Shown: positions 1 to 10,844 of the stretch, one piece after another | Numbering within the stretch: the first letter of the stretch is position 1 | Layout: the number at the start of each line of letters is the position of its first letter | Source of the DNA: the human T2T-CHM13v2.0 reference genome, Homo sapiens | Assembly (NCBI RefSeq): GCF_009914755.1 | Contig: NC_060930.1 | Length of the DNA: 64,000 bases | Reading direction: 5' to 3' (one strand) | Made by a program: the position numbers and the translations under genes | Notes under the pieces: model-generated | What the model saw: the letters and a program-made list of their open reading frames with translations, nothing else | Told to the model about the DNA's origin: nothing | Databases searched by the model: none

Positions 1-79
1 TAGAGGGACTTGTGTCTCATTTCCATGATTCTTCTTGGGCTCTGGGCTTCCAGGCTATTAAGAGTAGTACTTGCCACTA

Positions 80-540
80 TCTATTCACAATAGCAAAGAC
101 ATGGAATCAACCTAAATGCCCACCAATAATAGACTAGATAAAATATGGTACATATGCACCATGGAATACTATGCAGTCATAAAAAAAAACAAGATCATGT
201 CCTTTGCAGGGACATGGATGGAGCTAGAGGGCATTATCCTTAGCAAACTAATGAAGGAACAGAAAACCAAATACCACATGTTCTCACTTATAAGTGGAGG
301 ATAAATGATGAGAGCACCTGGACACATAGAGGGGAACAACACACACTGGGGCCTATTAGAGGGTGGAGGGTGGAAGGAGGGAGGGGATCAGGAAAAATAA
401 CTACTGGGCACTAGGCTTAATACCTGGGTGATGAAATAATTTGTAGAACAAACCCCTATGACACAAGTTTACCTATATAACACACCTGCACATGTACCCC
501 TGAACTTAAAATAAAAGTTAAAAAAAATAGAAAAAAAAGA
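80..540 (+). mobile_element. LINE-1 3' end (older L1PA-type), ORF2 C-terminus, 3'UTR and A tail
   Basis: ORF 116..304 reads like the L1 ORF2 C-terminus (IWYICTMEYYAVIKKNKIMSFAGTWMELEGIILSKL); typical L1 3'UTR; AATAAA then A-rich tail at ~510-540. Confidence 0.9.
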
Positions 541-1442
541 GGAATGCTTGCAATTTTTGTAAATATATTATTTTTTAAAAGTTATTTACTTTTTTAAAGC
601 ACTGCATTCAGAATGTCAGATTATTGTCCAGAAAGTTGGCAACATTAGTATTCGCCATTCCCCCACCCATCGTGTAAGAGACTCCTATACCAGACGGAGC
701 CCAGGCTGGGAATCACCATTCCTTTTAACTTTTGCCAATCTGATAAGTGTGGAATGTGTCTTTTCGTATTTATACTTCTTTGATTATTGGTGAGAGAGAA
801 CACTGTATCCTACCACAGATGCCATTTGATTTTCTGCCTCATGCCCATTTTTTTCTGTTGGTCTGGTAGTTTTTTCTTACTGATATATAAGCACTTGAAA
901 TCATTTCTAAGGATTTGTATTAATTTGCTGTCCTTCGCATACATTGTGACTATTTCCCCTCCTCGAGCCAGTTTCCTCCTAACTCTTTTTGAGAGATCCT
1001 AGATGGCCGGCCCATTCTTTGATTTATTTTTAAGCTCAAATAATATTAGAAATAACATTTGAAATGTCTAGACCAACCCTTTTGCAGTGACTTTACTGGG
1101 AGGTTGCATCAGCATCTAGACACTTCCATACATTGAGGAAAAACAGACAGCCGTGTTTAAGGACCTCAGAGGGCTTGCTATCACCCATTTATAATTTTCC
1201 CAGAACTTATGAGTCCCAGGTCCTCATTGCAGTGGTAAGCGCTGAGTGCTCACGGGGGTGTGTGTGGGACAGGATGTGGTTTGAGTTCTGTGATCCTCAC
1301 CCCGACCTCATGCGTCGGGAATCCTTGCAGCCCTGTGACTGGCCTGTGGGGGCTTGGGCTAAGTCCCTGCCAAGATACCAAAAGACTGCAGAGGTGGGCA
1401 AAGACCTCAGGCCCCCAGACTAGCAATCTACAAACACTAGTC

Positions 1443-1529
1443 ATGACTACACAGTTAAGGGTCGTCCATCTGCTTCCCCTTCTCCTAGCCTGCTTTGTGC
1501 AAACAAGTCCCAAGCAGGAGAAGATGAAG
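1443..1529 (+). CDS. GPX5: GPX5 exon 1 coding part (signal peptide [29 protein letters not shown])
   Basis: ATG at 1443; hydrophobic signal peptide; donor AAG|GTGAGT at 1530; phase 0. Confidence 0.96.
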
Positions 1530-1711
1530 GTGAGTGAGCTTCAGAGAGGGCATGGTAGTTACTCTTCTGTCCTACTTCTAGACCCTGCCCTCCACTCCTT
1601 CTTGTAAGACTCCAACTCCTGCTTTCTTCTTCTTTGCCAGTTCCCCTAAACCTTGCTTTTTTTTCTCCTTGAATCTTCTTCATTCCTATGGATGGGTATT
1701 CCTTGCGTTGA

Positions 1712-1763
1712 ATATGACTAGGGAAGAAAGGGTCTCCATATGACTAGGGAAGAAAGGGTCTCC
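1712..1763. repeat. Perfect 26-bp tandem duplication (ATATGACTAGGGAAGAAAGGGTCTCC x2)
   Basis: Units 1712-1737 and 1738-1763 are identical. Confidence 0.95.
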
Positions 1764-4207
1764 ATACCTTCTTCAGGTGGAGGTCCCCTGGAGACCTCTC
1801 TGGCCACATCAGTCTCTGCTTCAGAGCTGGGTCTGAGGCTGGGACAGCGATGGGCTTTAGAGTAGGTGGGGACTGGGGTTTGGAGGAGAAGCTGAGTGGA
1901 CTTGTCTCAGACACAGCTCAGCAACAACCCCTTGAAGAGGAGGAAAAAACGAATGTGGAAGTTTTAAGGATGGATAAAATCAGAGAGTTATCAGAGAAAC
2001 ATAAAACATGAAAAAAAAAATCAGAGCCCTAAAACAACTGGATTTGGAGTCAGGCATCTTGGATTCTGGCCTCAGTTCTATGCCCAATTCATGGCTCGTT
2101 ACCTTATTGATAAGACACATGTGTCTGGCAGCAGAAGGGGCAGTTTAGGAAAGGATAATAATGAATGCGATAACTTGGAGGCAGAAAATAATCATGAAGT
2201 TAGGTAAAGGCAAACTTTCATTTACATAATGGGTTACCACTTTTGACTTTGGACAAATTAACCTCTGTTATCTCATTGTAAATTTATGGGTAACAGTAAC
2301 TACCTTATGGGTGGGTGAATAACAATTATTATGCATATAATACATTCTACAAAATGCAGTTCTAATAACATCTCCCCATCCCTCGCCTCTAAAATTAACT
2401 AGATAACATCCTGGGTGAACTTCTATTTTGAGAATTGATATGGTTTTTATGTTACCTGTGGTGCTTAATTGAGTGTGGAGACTCTGGGCTGCAGAATTTG
2501 CTTAATAAAAGCTGCGTCTAGAGATAATTGAGACACGTTATATGGACTTCAATAAATTTGAAACAGCAGTCAATATCAGAAGTAAACTGGACTAAAGGAA
2601 GTCTTCAAATTGAGAGTCTCTCTAAGCTTTTGCATACTGGTACCCAACATGACTGTGAGTGATTGTCATTGCAGTAGCAAAAGAAAAAAAAAAGGCAAAT
2701 TCTTGCAAATGTTTAACTTGAAACTAGGTAACATGGAGATAGAAACAGATACTTTTACACAATATTCTCTTTATAGATCCCTCAATTTTGCTGGTGCATG
2801 TATATATGTATAAATTTAGGGAAAGGTGTAAAAACCTGCATAGAAAAATATCTTTTTCCTCAAGAGTAAGAAGTGAGTAGCTACAACCTAGTATGCTGGT
2901 GATAAAATCAGTGGGATAACAGGACTAGAAAAAAGTTGTGTTTTGTTTTGCTTTGTTTTGCATTACTCCTTCTCTGAATGGGGGGCAGATGATGTTCAAC
3001 CAAAATCCTTACTAGACTACTGCATTTCCAGGAAGTCTAGTTTAATCCTAGTTTGTCTGGACATTCCTTATCAAATAATGCCCTTCTCTCTTTTCTCCAG
3101 CCAGTTCCTTTCCACCTTTTTCTCACCGGATGGTTTGGACATAGAGCTTCCTTTTCATATTCCTGTCATATATATTCTGTATTCCATGAGCAATTTGTGG
3201 CAGCTTCCCCAGTATAAGAAAAGGGATCAGCATGTGCTGGTGAGCACTGTGGCATCGGTACACTTGGGGTACTGCATGAACACTGTAAGGGTAGAGACAG
3301 AGGAGGAGTAAGATGAGACCTGCCTTGTAGAGGAATTTAATAAAAGAACATGCAATGAGAATTTCAGGCAGGGCTAATTTATATTAAGTGGAACTTAACA
3401 AATGTTGCATGGAAGTCTGCTCAAATATTAATATGTTCATGAGATTTGAGAAGGAATGGGATAGGTGGAATGGAATATGAAAGTGGATATTAGACACCTA
3501 GAGCACAATGGGCTGATGAGCTGGGTGATGCTGCCCAACAGATTTCAGGGACTCACTTGCAGATGGACTTTAGGGTTCTCCATCTCCTTTCTTGAGAGCT
3601 ACCAAAAGCTGGGATTTCAGAGTATTGGCTTACATGACCACCATGTTAGTAAGAGAGTGACAGGAGAAATTTATTCAAGGTGGGGATAATATTAGATTCT
3701 AGAATGTTAAACATGGAAGCCCACTTGGAGTTCTAGTAAGAATCTAGATAAATATCTTCATTTTACTCATGGGGAAACTGAAGGCCAGGGATGGGAATTG
3801 CCCAGGTTCACAAAGGAATTTAACAATGGAGCTGGCTTCTGATTCCCAGGGCAGTGTTCTTTCTACTCTACCTGCTGATGAGTGGAGTAAGAGGTCAGAA
3901 GACCTGGGGAAAGATAAGCAACTAAGATATCCTAAAAATAGTTCAGCAATTTAAAACCCTCCCTTCTCAGAGAGTCCAGACAGGAGGCCTTCAATCCAGA
4001 GCCAAGGAGTAGCCTGTTTTTTACAGAAGCATGTAAGGCAAGTGTGCTTTTCTCTTCGGCCCCACTTACTTCCAGCTCCTACCATCCCAGCTTATGAATC
4101 AATATCCTTTTCCATTATCCGTGTATTTCCTGGTATCTCACAGCTTTCAAAATAATAGGAAACTTGATTCTTATGTGTGTGTGTGGAGGGGGGAGTGTAC
4201 ATAGTAA

Positions 4208-4232
4208 GTGTGTATATATATGTGTATATATA

Positions 4233-4275
<43 letters not shown>
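4208..4275. repeat. (TA)n/(TG)n microsatellite
   Basis: Alternating TA run interrupted by TG. Confidence 0.95.
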
Positions 4276-4277
<2 letters not shown>

Positions 4278-4660
4278 TACAAGAGATGTTTTGATACAGA
4301 CATGCAATGTGTTATAATCACATTATGGAAAATGGGGTATCCATCCCCTCAAGGATTTCTCCTTTGTGCTACAAACAATCCAATTATATGCTTTTAGTTA
4401 TTTTAAAATGTACAATTAAGTTATTATTGACTATAGTCACCCTGTTGTGCTATCAAATACTAGGTCTTATTTATTCTTTCTAACTATCTTTTTTTTTTCT
4501 CATTAATCATCCCAACCTCCCTTCCACCCTCCTAGTATCTTTCCCAGCCTCTGGTAACCATCCTTCTACTCTCTATCTCCGTGAGTTCAATTGTTTTGAT
4601 TTTTAGATCCCACAAATAAGTGAGAACATGCAATGCTTGTCTTTCTCTGCCTGGCTTATG
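4276..4660 (-). mobile_element. LINE-1 3'UTR fragment (L1MA-type), antisense
   Basis: Recalled L1MA 3' motifs in reverse (ctatagtcaccctgttgtgctatcaaatactaggtctt; cccacaaataagtgagaacatg); the microsatellite sits at the tail position. Confidence 0.8.
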
Positions 4661-4845
4661 AGACTTGATTTTTTATTTCCAAGTTACAAGAACCAAGTTT
4701 CAGTCTTGTCATTGACACTTTAGACAACTCTTATTTGTTTTCTAGATCTTGGTTAGAACATAACTATTCTTTGACTTCTTTGAAAGATTACACAGATGCC
4801 AGGAATTATTGTTACCAGTATTATCACTTAAAAAAAATCTTCCAG

Positions 4846-4999
4846 ATGGATTGCCACAAAGACGAGAAAGGCACCATCTATGACTATGAGGCCATCGCAC
4901 TTAATAAGAATGAATATGTTTCCTTCAAGCAGTATGTGGGCAAGCACATCCTCTTCGTCAACGTGGCCACCTACTGTGGTCTGACAGCGCAATATCCTG
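4846..4999 (+). CDS. GPX5: GPX5 exon 2 (154 nt), contains active-site NVATYCGLT with Cys codon TGT at 4975-4977
   Basis: Acceptor TTCCAG|ATG and donor G|GTAAGA; GPx signature [16 protein letters not shown]. Confidence 0.97.
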
Positions 5000-5138
5000 G
5001 TAAGAGAATTCATAGTTACTTCTCTTTGGGACTAAATTTTCCAGCTGATCATATTCTAAATTATACTTGGAATTATATTTTAATTATAATTATGTACCAA
5101 AATAAATACTCATAATCAAGTGACTTCATCCTCCATAT

Positions 5139-5370
5139 CAGAAGTCAGCAAGCTTGGGTGGACAGGCCAAATTTGGTCAGCCTGGCTTTGTTAACAAAGT
5201 TTTATTGGAATGCAGCCGTCCCCGTTCATTTACACATCACCTATGGCTGCTTTCATGCTGTAAAATAGAGGTTAGTAGTTGTAGGAGTAGTGATGATGGA
5301 AACCATGTGGCCCACAAAGTCTGAAATATTTCCTATCTGGCCCTTTACAGAAAAAATGTGCTAACCCCCT
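5139..5370 (+). mobile_element. hAT-Charlie MITE (MER58A-like)
   Basis: Decayed TIRs (cagaagtcagcaa ... tgctaaccccct); internal motifs aaagttttattggaa and ctggccctttacagaaaaa match recalled MER58A. Confidence 0.8.
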
Positions 5371-6568
5371 CCCCATGCCCTGCCTCTGCTTTTTCCTGAG
5401 ATTTCCAGGGGAATCAATATATACTTGAGAACTAGGAGCCTCTCAGAAGATTCCAGAAGTCTTCTTGATAAATACAGGACAGAAGACCCATGTTTTTGAG
5501 ACTTTTGCAAGGTTTTACAGGTAACTTACAATGACAAGAAAAAGGAGTTTTATACCTGGAACTGCATTTGATTAGAGTGAGGGCTGGCGGATGAGGCTGT
5601 AATAGAAGCAAATACTCCCTCTCCAACCTCAACCCCTTTTTAGGATGTAGTTTTTCCTCCCTTTTTGTACATTATTCAGGGAAGAATTTTCTCATATTTT
5701 AGGGCATGTGGTTTAAAAATCAGTGAATAACAATCAGGATGGATTATACCAGAGACAAATGTACTTCTTATATTTGAAGTAATAAGACCTTCATTTTTTG
5801 TTTTTAATTATGTTTTGAATAAGCATTATATTCACAAGTCTCAAAGTTCAAAAGAAAAAAACTTTAGAACCAAAGGTTTCCACCTTCTTCCCCTCCCTTC
5901 AGTAGACCAATATTATCTTGTTTACAGAATACATAGATATTCTTGTTTCTGCTCCCCCCTCCCCAGCTGATAACACACAATAAATACTATTTGCTGCCTT
6001 GATTTTTTAATTAATAAAATACATTTGAGTTCAGATCATTTCCTCATTCTTTCTTAAGACTGAATAATATTTATTGGACCACAATTTATTTTCCCAGTTT
6101 ATAGGGACTTTAAGAATCGATTTATTCAGTTTCCACCCTGCAAATAACAGATAACAGAAGGACATAGGGAGGGGTACTGAGGAACCCTGTGAAAACAGGA
6201 AGGCAATCTCTGTTTTTTAAAAAGGCCTAGAGGAGGTACCAGTTGGCTGAGCTGAATCTGAGTGGGACTGGTTAGTGTTTGTCAAGGGACTAAAGGCATC
6301 TGGCTCAGAAAGGGTTAACAAAGAAGATGATTATAAAAGTCTGAGCAGACAAGTTGGAAAACTTCCTGGTAGTGGACGAAGGCAGCTGAAGCTTGTTTTT
6401 CAGCATATTACTGAGGATTTTTAGTAAGAATGCATCTTCAGCATCTTAAGGACTGTTGAAAAATGTTAGGATTGTTGATTTCAGATTTCTCTGTTTGTCT
6501 TTGCCTTTGTCAGTTTTACTTCCACTCCACTCAGGGTGAGCCAGGCTGCACAGAGGAGAGAAGCTCAG

Positions 6569-6854
<286 letters not shown>

Positions 6855-7170
6855 CTAAGCCCCATTTCAGAGGAACAGAAAACTCTCTGAAATGGGACCT
6901 GGGCATCCCTATTTTTAGGAAAGGGCCTTCAGCTGATTCTGATGTGCTGCAGGTATGGAAAACACTGCACCATGACAAAGGGCTTTTGAGCGCACGTCTG
7001 AAGATCCGGCCTCTAACTTCAGCTATGCTACTAACAGCCCTTCTGATGCAGAGCTGTTTCCCTCCCTGGGCCTCTGTTTCCTTCTCTGTAAAATGGGTAA
7101 CCCCAGGGAATCATCCTTGCACAAGGCAGAACCTCTACCTAGACCAAAATTGTTCCTCCTCTAACTGCAG

Positions 7171-7288
7171 AACTAAATGCACTCCAGGAGGAGCTGAAGC
7201 CCTATGGTCTAGTTGTGTTGGGCTTTCCCTGCAACCAATTTGGAAAGCAAGAACCAGGAGATAACAAAGAGATTCTTCCTGGGCTCAA
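7171..7288 (+). CDS. GPX5: GPX5 exon 3 (118 nt; [28 protein letters not shown])
   Basis: Acceptor TGCAG| and donor AA|GTACGT; GPx signature [12 protein letters not shown] including catalytic Gln. Confidence 0.96.
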
Positions 7289-7713
7289 GTACGTGTCTTC
7301 TTGAAATCCAATAGGAGGCGCCTGTGTACCTTTCCTCAGTCTCCAGAGGCCCTTCCAGCTCAGGAACTTTCTGGGGAGGTATGGATTAATAGGCTCAGGG
7401 GCATTACAAGCAGAGTTTAACTTTGGCCTACCGTGATGAGCGTCTGGCAGTTTCCAGACTCTCTCTCCATCCCTGGCTGAGACTTGGATGGACTATGGAG
7501 GACAGAAGGGATGGAGGAAAAGAGACAAGTCATGGGATAGAGAGAAATAAAGTGAGTCAGAGAGCCCAAAGTCAAAACATGGCCATATTCCTCCCCACCC
7601 ACAACGATACTTCCCTCTTTCTCCCCTTTCTCATGACTTCAAATCCTAGTGTCCCATTATAATCTTTACTTGCATATCCTGGAGCTTCCTGGGAACATTA
7701 TGGCTTGTTGCAG

Positions 7714-7813
7714 GTATGTCCGTCCAGGGGGAGGATTTGTACCTAGTTTCCAGCTTTTTGAGAAAGGGGATGTGAATGGTGAAAAAGAACAGAAAGTCTT
7801 CAGTTTCTTGAAG
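7714..7813 (+). CDS. GPX5: GPX5 exon 4 (100 nt; [33 protein letters not shown])
   Basis: CAG| acceptor and AAG|GTGAGT donor; frame continuous with exons 3 and 5. Confidence 0.96.
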
Positions 7814-8225
7814 GTGAGTAAATTCCTGGCATAAGCCTCCTCCTCTTTTCTAATATTGCTAACATAGAGTTGGTGTGGCAGAAATGGATCCAAGGGCTCA
7901 TGCCCAGAGGTGGGATTGGTCTTTGTGGAGAAAAATCTCCAGATCAGCATTCCACATTGCACATGCTGATCTGGAGATTAATCTGTGAGTATCTATGGGG
8001 CTCTAACTCTGTGTGGTGAAGAAAGTTGTGTGGAATGGCAACTTTTACTAGGACCACCCTCTTTTGCTCATTGACATTCATTCATTAATTCATTCCAGGT
8101 ACACTTGATGAATGCCCGCTACTTATAAAGCAATCTAAATAATAAGGATATAAAGATGAATAAGGCATAGTCTGTACTCTTGATGAGTTTATAATGGAGA
8201 GAGAGTTAGAAACCATTAGCTATGT

Positions 8226-8540
8226 AGCTGGGGTGGTGGTTCATGCCTATAATCCCAGCACTTTGGAAGACTGAGGCAGGACAGGAGAATTGCTTGAGGC
8301 CAGGAGTTCAAGACTAGCCTGAGCAACATAGTGAGACCCTGTCTCTACAAAACAAATCAAAAAATTAGCTGGGTGTGGTGGCACGTACCTGTAGTCTCAA
8401 CTACTCGGGAGGCTGAGGCCAGAGGATTGCTTGAGCTCCGGAGCTGGAGGCTGAAGTGAGCTATGATTGTGCCACTGCATTCCACACTAGGCAACCAAGC
8501 AAGACACTGTCTCAAAAAAACAAAAACAAAAAAAGTAACA
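8226..8540 (+). mobile_element. Alu (old, J-like)
   Basis: Dimeric Alu with A tail. Confidence 0.9.
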
Positions 8541-9353
8541 AACCAACAGGTATGATACAGTGTAGTAGGTACCTTTTATGAAACACTGATTTTTAGACAT
8601 AGAGAATGCCAGAGCTGAAACAACCCTAAAGATTACCAAAGTGAATTGTTCCTAAATGCTGGACTGTGAACCAAGACCAGTCCATGTTAAGACTTTATAT
8701 ATCCTCAATAAATTGAAGACAATAGAACAGTGTATCATGCCTCTGCACCCCAGCCTGGGCGACACAGCGAGACTCTGTCTCAAAAACAAAAACAAAAAAG
8801 AACAGTGTGGGAAGTTTTTTATAAACTCAACTCGTCTAACTTATAGGACTTCCCTTTATTCACAAATTATGACCCACACGCAGTTTATTCTTCCAATGGT
8901 CTTTTTAAATTAAGTGACAAAATGATGGTGTTTTAAAAATTTTTGTTATTTGACAAAATATTAGTAATTCAGTGTTGGTCCCAAAAGACAATTATTGAAA
9001 TATTAGTGGCCCATGGAACCCTAAGACCTGGAAAACCACATTCCAATCCAAGCTATTTACTTTGAAGAAAAGGAAACCAAAAGCATAAAAGGTAACATGT
9101 CTTATCCATGGCAGCAAAATTTTGTTATGGGGCTATGGGGAGAAACCGAAAGAGAGCAGATTTTGCTATAATATCTATAATATTCTTGGTAGTTGGCATA
9201 GTGGTGATTCAAGAATTTATGGAGTTTTTTAGGAATATCAGGAAGTTAAAATATCTAGGTATAGGAGGGGGTGGATTACCTGTGGGTAAAAATAGCCTGG
9301 ATCATCCAGGAGCAGAAATAACATTGTTTCTCTTTTCCATCTCTCTGGTTTAG

Positions 9354-9560
9354 CACTCCTGTCCTCATCCCTCTGAGATTTTGGGCACATTCAAATCTAT
9401 ATCCTGGGACCCTGTAAAGGTCCATGACATCCGTTGGAACTTTGAAAAGTTCCTGGTGGGGCCTGATGGAATCCCTGTCATGCGCTGGTCCCACCGGGCT
9501 ACGGTCAGCTCAGTCAAGACAGACATCCTGGCGTACTTGAAGCAATTCAAAACCAAATAG
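9354..9560 (+). CDS. GPX5: GPX5 exon 5 coding part (HSCPHPSE...[15 protein letters not shown]...FKTK stop)
   Basis: TTTAG| acceptor; WNFEKF catalytic Trp/Asn motif; TAG at 9558-9560; total CDS 666 nt = 221 aa. Confidence 0.97.
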
Positions 9561-10143
9561 GAAGGTGGAGTTAAGGGCAGGAGCAACCCTACTTCTCACC
9601 TAATGACTTGCTCTCCCCACCCCTCCAAAAAAAAGGAATACCCATCTTCTCACCACACTCTCTTCCTGCATGGGCTCCACCTGAGTAAATCACCGCCACA
9701 TACTGCCAGAATTCCCACTCTCCACAAACTAGATTTATATTTGGAAGGCTACTGCTCTTTTGCCTCTCAAGAGTATGTGGGTGAAGACTGAAACAAATGG
9801 AAACCTAAAATCCCCAGACCTCTGTTACAGGTTGAATCATTCATATCCACCAGAGGGAAATCATCCTTCCACGACAATGGTTCAGTCGGCCATCACATCC
9901 TGAAGAACATTCCTAGACATTCTGACTCTTCCATCTCTCTCTACCCTGGAGGTGTAGAAATAGCAATGGGGTCACAGTCACACAATTTAGGTTCCACTTC
10001 ATAACATTTTTTGTCTCCTAGGACAAACGTGTATCATCAGTTTCCAACTGTTTTGGCTCAGTTTTCATCCATGACACCTCCCCCTACCAGCCATTCTCCT
10101 GTGGGAGCAAGAACATTGCTTCAAAAGAAGAGAGGGCATCTCC

Positions 10144-10184
10144 ATGCTTGTGGGACCCAAAACCTATCTCTGGCCCTACAAAAG
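10144..10184 (+). other. Degenerate (fossil) SECIS-like hairpin in GPX5 3'UTR
   Basis: ATGC, then TTGTGGGACC pairing with GGCCCTACAA, with unpaired AAAA 11 nt after the ATGN; the AUGA/GA quartet is broken. Confidence 0.6.
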
Positions 10185-10320
10185 TTTTCCTAATTGTCTG
10201 ATCTTTAGTGCATTCAGGTTATGGCACCTGGAGAGGAATGCCCTTTATCTTTTGAAGGATGGGATTTCCCATCTCAACCCTGGATTCCTCACCTTCAGAA
10301 CGAGCCCTGCCACTGTCTCC

Positions 10321-10326
10321 AATAAA
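10321..10326 (+). terminator. GPX5 polyadenylation signal AATAAA
   Basis: First canonical AATAAA I found after the stop codon, followed by GT/T-rich downstream sequence. Confidence 0.8.
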
Positions 10327-10844
10327 ATGTTTTCTGCAGCATCGACAATCTCTATGGTGGTTTTAAAATCCTGTCTGGTGCTTGAACTCATTTTATCTCC
10401 CTCCTCCTTATTACTCTGTCACAAATGATGTATTGCCCACATGACCTGAGCCCCCCAGACAGAAAGATTTATGTTTGGAAGGTTGTCACCTAATGCCTCT
10501 CAGTTGTCATTCCTCTTCAGGAATTGCCTCAGCCTAAGTTTTTCCCCTTTCCAGGGCAGCCTGTATCCAGTTACTCATCCCTGAGAGGCATAGAGGCCAA
10601 ACCCTGACTGCTCAACTTAGCACAACTTTGAAGGGCCATACTAGCTCTAGACATGCACAAGGGGTAGGCCGGTGGCATTTTGTGCTTGCACTGCACCCCA
10701 GTTTTTCCCTCTGACAAATTCTGCTCCTCTTCTTTGCCACCCCCCCCAACCCTCCACACTGATTGTCAGTTAATGCCCTAGTAAACTTTCTGAATGCAAA
10801 TATCCATCTTAGAGTCTACTGTCTAGAGAATCCAACCAGTAATT

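Noticed and set aside
900-1440. Androgen-response elements or TATA box for GPX5
   Set aside because: No convincing full ARE palindrome or positioned TATA box could be identified by eye.
1260-1442. N-terminal extension of ORF 1260..1607 upstream of the GPX5 ATG
   Set aside because: Non-ATG start; the signal peptide begins at ATG 1443; the ORF tail beyond 1529 is intron read-through.
4975-4977. Possible selenocysteine codon in GPX5
   Set aside because: The codon is TGT (Cys), not TGA, and the SECIS-like hairpin lacks its quartet.
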